From the NCBI GenBank assembly GCA_002269645.1, contig NIVC01001521.1, forward strand, positions 1 to 64,000: 64,000 bases of DNA, in the 5' to 3' direction. Below the pieces are notes generated by a model that worked only from the letters and a program-made list of their open reading frames with translations, did not search any database and was not told where the DNA came from. Shown here piece after piece: positions 58,476 to 64,000 of the stretch (its first letter is position 1; each line of letters starts with the position of its first letter). Source of the stretch: Macrostomum lignano (taxonomy: Eukaryota). The position numbers and the translations under genes are program-made.

Positions 58476-59025
58476 CCGTCTAATTTGATGGCTTCGAATG
58501 ACAATTCAACATATTCAAATAATCTAAACAAAACTCAACTAAAAGAGCTAAATCGATATGCTGCTTTCTTTTTAAACTTGGTTAGTCTTGACATGACAGT
58601 AAAGGACTTATTTTGTCTATGGCACGAAGCGGCCAGCAGACTGGAACGGGAGAGATGATGACAATAAGCCAAATGGGAGCTAAAAAAACTCCCTGTAGGC
58701 TCTTTACCTATCTGTGAAATAATCGTCTATGGCTAAAACCTACTTACTAGTGCTAGAGAGTCCACAGTGAGGACAGCTAGCTCTTTTTTTCAATTTAAAA
58801 CATGAATTTGAAACCGGATTCCCGAATAAAATAAGAGCAAACCTGCCAACTGGAAATGCACTATTGCATTATCAAATTTCTGTATGCCTTGAAGAGAAAG
58901 AAAAGTGCAATGATCACTCGGGCTACTTCAGGGTACTTTATAAGATCGAAGTTTCACACAATCAAAAATTCTGCATGGTCCCTGCTATAATAAGTTTTCT
59001 GCGATGTGAAATTCGGTCTTATGTA

Positions 59026-59782
59026 CGAGCGTAGTTTCGGTCTCGGGAAAAGCGACCCGACTATTGAACCAGAAATCTTTATACACTCAGCAACAATGAA
59101 AAGTTTCCACCCTCGCGCCAGCCGTGTATATTTAGAGTTTTATAACTGGTTTTTGTCGCCAGACTTGTGCCATAGACGATTGATGATTTCGTCAACACGC
59201 ACTTGGGCCATAGACAAAAACTTGGGTCATAGACGCCAGACAGGTCGAAGGAAACAGTCACATGGAGCAGACAGCAGCAGCTCCATCCACGTTCCAAAAT
59301 CCGCGTTCGCAACCGAACGCAATGGCTCGCCAAATGACCGACCTGGAACGAGCGCGCGCCATTGGCATGCTGGACGCTGGGATGTCCATCGATCCGAGCT
59401 GTTGCTCGCCAAATTGGGTGGTCGCACACAGCTATCCGCAAACTGCAGGTTCTGGGGATGCCCCGGAGGGTGAGCGCTCTGCTGCACGCACGTGGCTGCT
59501 ATACGCGTTACTGACCCTGTTCTGGGCAAGTTGTCACCCATGCTTGCGTACTTCGTTTCTTTGCTGTTCCTTTGCTTCGTTCGAATCCGGATTATATACT
59601 TGTCTATGGCTCAAACCACGAATATCTCCACCCACCAAAACGTTGACCCTTCGCGCGCGCTAGGCTGGAAACTGAGTGTAGCTATACTCGAGTATGTCCG
59701 TCAGTTGTCTGCTCCGTCATCAACCAATTTTTCTTATTTCCTGTCTTTTTTCGCATCAACTTCAGGCACGTAAGTGCGCTCG
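59026..59782 (+). mobile_element. Internally deleted Tc1/mariner-like element
   Basis: TA-flanked imperfect TIRs CGAGCGTAGTTTCG / CGTAAGTGCGCTCG; residual N-terminus MARQMTDLERARAIGMLDAGMS at 59322, typical of Tc1 HTH starts. Confidence 0.65.
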
Positions 59783-60158
59783 TAATTGGGGAATTACTAT
59801 CTCGCAATGCATTGTGCTACTAAAACCAATTAATTTAGTTGCCAGTGAAAAGCATTCTTCTAATTTTTGTTAACAATGAATGCTGACTTTGTTTTGATTG
59901 AGTTTTATTACAGCTTCAACTCAAAGGCACGGCCAGCAAAATTATAAATACTCAAACAGCTAATACTGAAAATAAAACAAATCATCAAGTAGACATCGAA
60001 GCTTCAATATTCTTTTTTTACTTTCGCAAATAAGATTTAAAAAAAACAATACAGCGACTGGGTTCCCCATTGAAAATCACGAAACAAATGGCAATGCTCA
60101 TTGGCAGTTTCTTGACCATTTTACAGTTGTTTTATTGTACTTCCATAATCATTCTCGG

Positions 60159-60293
60159 TCAGTCTCGAGACCCCTCGGACTCGGAGCCGGTCGTTCCTCC
60201 GCGGCAGCGCTTAGCCAGAATGTAGAAAAACTCGAGCAGCTCGAACGTGCTGACAACGCTGATTCCCAGCCAGAGCCCCAGAGTTCCTCCGAC
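60159..60293 (-). CDS. DEG/ENaC channel, exon 3 (TM2)
   Basis: ccgcag|VGGTLGLWLGISVVSTFELLEF with the GxS selectivity motif (GIS). Confidence 0.9.
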   Translation of the reverse strand, partial: VGGTLGLWLGISVVSTFELLEFFYILAKRCRGGTTGSESEGSRD

Positions 60294-60492
60294 CTGCGGG
60301 ATTTCAAACCGATCGAATAATGAATCAAACGTGCAAAACTTTGAGAACATTCTTCAATCCAACCGAAAATGCTGCTGAAAAAAGTTCCTGATCAAATTCT
60401 AAAACAGGATTCAAAAATAACTTTTTCAACTCGAATGTTGACAGGTGGCAACACTCTCCGCATTTCTAAGGCCAATGTGTGAAATGCCTCAC

Positions 60493-61334
60493 CTCGGACA
60501 GAGTTTCAGTCCAGTGGTAGCCGGCCTTCTCTTCGTAAACGTCAGCTGCCGGGCTCTGCAAGCTGATGCTGACTGATGCCAGGCTGCGAGCCAAACTTTT
60601 TTGATAGATGCAGTAGGATGCATTCTCCAAATGCTGCAGCATCAGTGAAGAATTGCATTCGTAATATTTTATAGAGGAATTTCTGCAGAAGAAGCTTAAG
60701 CAGTTATCGTCTTGCGTAAGAAATACATTAAATTGATAAAATTGTCGAGATTGATTCATATTCCTGAATATGTGATGCTCTTTGCCATCCTCGGGCAGGA
60801 ACTCGACTCCATGTCTGACTTGCGGCACCATCAGGTTCTCCCAGATCTCTTGAACGGCGCTGAACGGGGGCCACCCGCGGCTCTGCTGCCAAGGCCGTTG
60901 CTGAGTGAACTGGCACCACATCCGGTGCTGGAATTCCTTCGTTAGCTCCTCGCTTTTCCTCTTTGCGTGCTGAAACCAGTGATCATGGCAGTCAATTCTC
61001 TTCAGCACAGCATCCGATGGGGTGATCCACTCCTGCGGTGGAGCGAAGTAGCAAAGGTCGCTCGTATTTACCGAGAACGGGAGCAGGTGCGAGTAGCAGC
61101 CGCAGTTGCTGTGCAGGATGCTCTGCTGTGCCTCGACTACGAAATCGGAGACGGACTTTGAGTAGGCCTTGGTGACCACGTTCAGCGAGGCGTTGGAGAA
61201 GTGCCTGACATAGTTGATGGTTTCGATTGGAGGCTCGGAGCATCTGCGGCTCGGCGTCGACTTGAGTCGGTTGTGGATCGGCCTGAGTTTGATGGAGGTG
61301 CTGCTGGCTGAGGCCACGTCCACGAACTCGGTCT
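60493..61334 (-). CDS. DEG/ENaC channel, exon 2
   Basis: ctgcag|AG (phase 1) to TLSE|gtgagg (phase 0); Cys-rich extracellular loop (NCGC...LC), pre-TM2 Y...LSE. An alternative in-frame acceptor lies a little upstream. Confidence 0.85.
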
Positions 61335-61441
61335 CTGCAGTTTTGCATGGGGTTTTCATGTGTCCGTGATCTTGTAACTATTATTTCATAAATGCTCAAA
61401 TGAATATAACTCAGATAAGACCTCAATGAAATGATACGTAC

Positions 61442-62267
61442 GGCTCATGGGGTAGCTGCTCGCCGCGTGAATAAAAACTCGCAGTCCAGTCGACTGAGGA
61501 TCACTGCCTCCCAGCAAGGTGTTCGTCGCAGCCTGACCCAAAATTAGTCGCTTGTTGCAGACTCCCACAGAATCGGAATGTAAGAATTCACTATAATGGA
61601 CAGAAGCCCCAGTGTAGCCATCGGTGAAGAGCACCATGTTCAGCTCGGCTCCTCTGCCCCCAGAACCGCTGGACGACTGCCCCGGGTCCGGGTGGAACGT
61701 GTAGCAGCTCCAGAACCGGCTGGTCTGGACAAGCGAGAAGTTCTTGTGACTGCAGGGCTCGCTGTTGTAGCGGCAGCTCAGCAGCATGGTCTCATCGAGG
61801 TGGGAGATGTCTCTGGTGTCGCCCGACACCCACATCACGTCCAGGAGCTTCTTACACACCTTCTCAAGTCGGTTTTCGTAACTTTCAGCCGATTCATGAG
61901 GGCGCTTCTTGGTGTCCTCCTGGAACCAGTTGTCGAAGTTGCCCCAAGATTCATTCAGGTAGTCGTGATAAAGCTTTGACCTTTTTAAGCTAGCAGAAGC
62001 GGGCTTGAAGTTGCAAATTGTGACGTCGGGAAACTGGGCTCGTTCGCTCCTCAGCTTCAGCTGCGACTCAACGGAGTGCTCGGTGAACTTCTGCACCAAC
62101 TTGGCCAGGTGGACGGTGCAGCCGATCAGGGCAGCTACGAACAGAAGCAGCCAGAAGAGCCGTCGAGCTGTGCCTCTGGACAGGAAGATGTGCAGCAAGC
62201 CGTGGGTTCTCGTGATGCCAGCCACCTCCTGGGCGGCACCGGTCACCGTGCTGAGTCGGGCTCGCAT
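61442..62267 (-). CDS. DEG/ENaC (ASIC-like) channel, exon 1
   Basis: TRTHGL (HG gating motif), RRLFWLLLF TM1, FPDVTICN, ETMLLSCRYNSEPC, CYTF, GLRVFIH; donor C|gtacgt. The three exons give 600 aa. Confidence 0.9.
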
Positions 62268-63252
62268 TTTCGACTTTGTGAAAGTTATGAGTTCGTTTCG
62301 TATCTTACAGAAAGAATGGGTACGAGTGATTCGATGTTTCAAAGCTTAGATCTGACTGAGAAAGTGCAGCTTTTTTAAATAATGAAAGAAAAACTTCTGT
62401 ATCTCACGCATGATGCTTTGTACCATACGAGTAAATTAAGGCGACAATTTCGACCATAGAACGATTGCTACTTCCAAGTTTAGCATCATTGCACGCAGGT
62501 TGCAAGTTGTCTATGGTAACTAGATTGCAAGTTGTCTATGGCAACTTGCAATCAGGCAATTCTCGCTTGTCCAGACCTGCTTTTCATCCGTGGCTTTTTT
62601 CGGGCCCTCTGACCCAGTTCTGGCTTTAATTTCTTTTCCAGGTCGCTCTGGCTGGCTAAAATGATAGGGGGCGGGGCAGGGGCGCGTCTTGTCAGCTTTT
62701 GCTGGCGTCTGTTTGCACTAGCTAATTCTCTCCCTCACCGATCGCTCATTTTTCTAGTGGGCTCTGGTCATGTCGGAGCTCTCTAATTCTCCTTAATTCC
62801 GTTTTTAACTCTTATTAGGGAGTCTGCTAACTGAAAAGTACGAGGCTGTGTTGCAATACAGAAAGTACAAATATTTGGAGGATGCATGGAAATCCAACAC
62901 ATCTAGTAAGGATACACACAAGAGCTACTAGTAAACATCCATCCCTTTTGGATTAAGAATAGTTACCTTTCAAGGTGTATTCTCGATCCATTTAAATGTT
63001 GTTCGAGCTGTAATCGTACGTAAAAGTTTCTCTGCAGGTCTTGAGCTAGCGTGACGCCTGATCCAATATCCCAAATATTCTTAACTTACACAAAAATGTA
63101 AATACACGCAAAAATCATTTAGGTAACGCACGTACGCTTAGCTAAATTTCAAATTATCTTTTTAAACGTAGAAAATATAACTGTTTTATTAAATAATATT
63201 ACCGTAACATGATATCTGAGGCTTTTTTGCTGCACTTATATATATGGTATTA

Positions 63253-64000
63253 CTGGGTGATTGGTAAAAATCTGGACATTTTTATTTGTTTTAGTAAGAC
63301 AACAATTAAAAAATTAAACGCATGTCTTTTAACTTTGATTTAGTTCAAAATACAATGTACAATGTATAAGGGATTGTCTGGCTCATTGCCAAACGGCTCC
63401 GACACGATTAGCCCGAGCTCGGCGAATCCGGGACTTGACATTGGTCATCATCTCCTGTACACAGTGCAGATCCACCTGGCGGAGGCAGTACTAGCGAATG
63501 CGATTTTCCAGCTGTTCCAGACTGTCTGCCGTCCAACTGTGATGGTTTAAAACCTTTTGCTTCAACACCCCCAGAAGTTCTCAATTGGTCGCAGCTGTGG
63601 TACATTGGGAGGATTGAGCTCCGTGCTGACAAAATTGACACCTTCCTCTTCAAATGTGTCAATGACGTCACGAGCATAGTGACAGCTCGCCAGGTCAGGC
63701 CAGAACAGGTAGTTGACGTCAGCATGCTGCTCCTTAATAAATGGCAATAGACGCTTGTGAATGCACTCTCTTATGTAGATCTCTTTCTTCATTGAGCTGC
63801 CGTGGCAGAAGAAGACCTTGGACATGCCCTTCTTGCTGATGGCCAGCCAGACCAAGACTTTGGCCTCAAATTTCTTGCTGGGTGAACACCTGACCTCATC
63901 AGGTGCATCACCTCGAGCTGCTGCATATGATAGAACCTGTTACCAGGGATGACATTGGATGACAGAGAGCTAAGTACGATTCATCGTCCATGACAATGTC
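63253..64000 (-). mobile_element. ITm DD37E (TRT-type) Tc1/mariner element, frameshifted, running off the window end
   Basis: IVMDDESY, KVLVWLAIS, FWPDLASCHY...NPPNVPQLRPIENFWG with exactly 37 residues between the second D and the E; terminus TA|CTGGGTGATTGG at 63251-63265. Confidence 0.9.

Overview
Eukaryotic (animal, invertebrate) genomic DNA. The mix of GC-rich intronless genes, poly-Q/S tracts and abundant (AGAC)n/minisatellite arrays suggests a flatworm such as Macrostomum, but that is inference and was not checked. Host genes: a 7-exon EDRF1-like gene on the minus strand (18131-38464; all splice phases reconcile, 1338 aa) with an intronless alpha2delta/CACHD-type VWA-Cache gene nested antisense in its intron 5; a GT32 DXD glycosyltransferase; an ENY2/Sus1-like ORF; an intronless divergent kindlin; and a 3-exon DEG/ENaC channel with an inverted partial copy nearby. 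The most unusual feature is a family of secreted ~335-aa LamG/pentraxin-fold proteins with five loci in the window: two intact, one frameshifted, one split by two transposons, and one relic. These copies share 100-120 bp blocks of complete nucleotide identity, including synonymous sites, directly next to a strongly diverged C-terminal half, i.e. a constant/variable mosaic suggestive of gene conversion. Mobile DNA includes a 3.4-kb CCC..GGG/2-bp-TSD (CACTA/EnSpm-like) element, a non-LTR RT/RNase H fragment, several 8-9-bp-TSD MITEs (one carrying TTAGGG repeats), a CORE-type tRNA SINE and three Tc1/mariner relics (one DD37E). There is no CRISPR array or rRNA. All alignments were made by eye; no database search was run.
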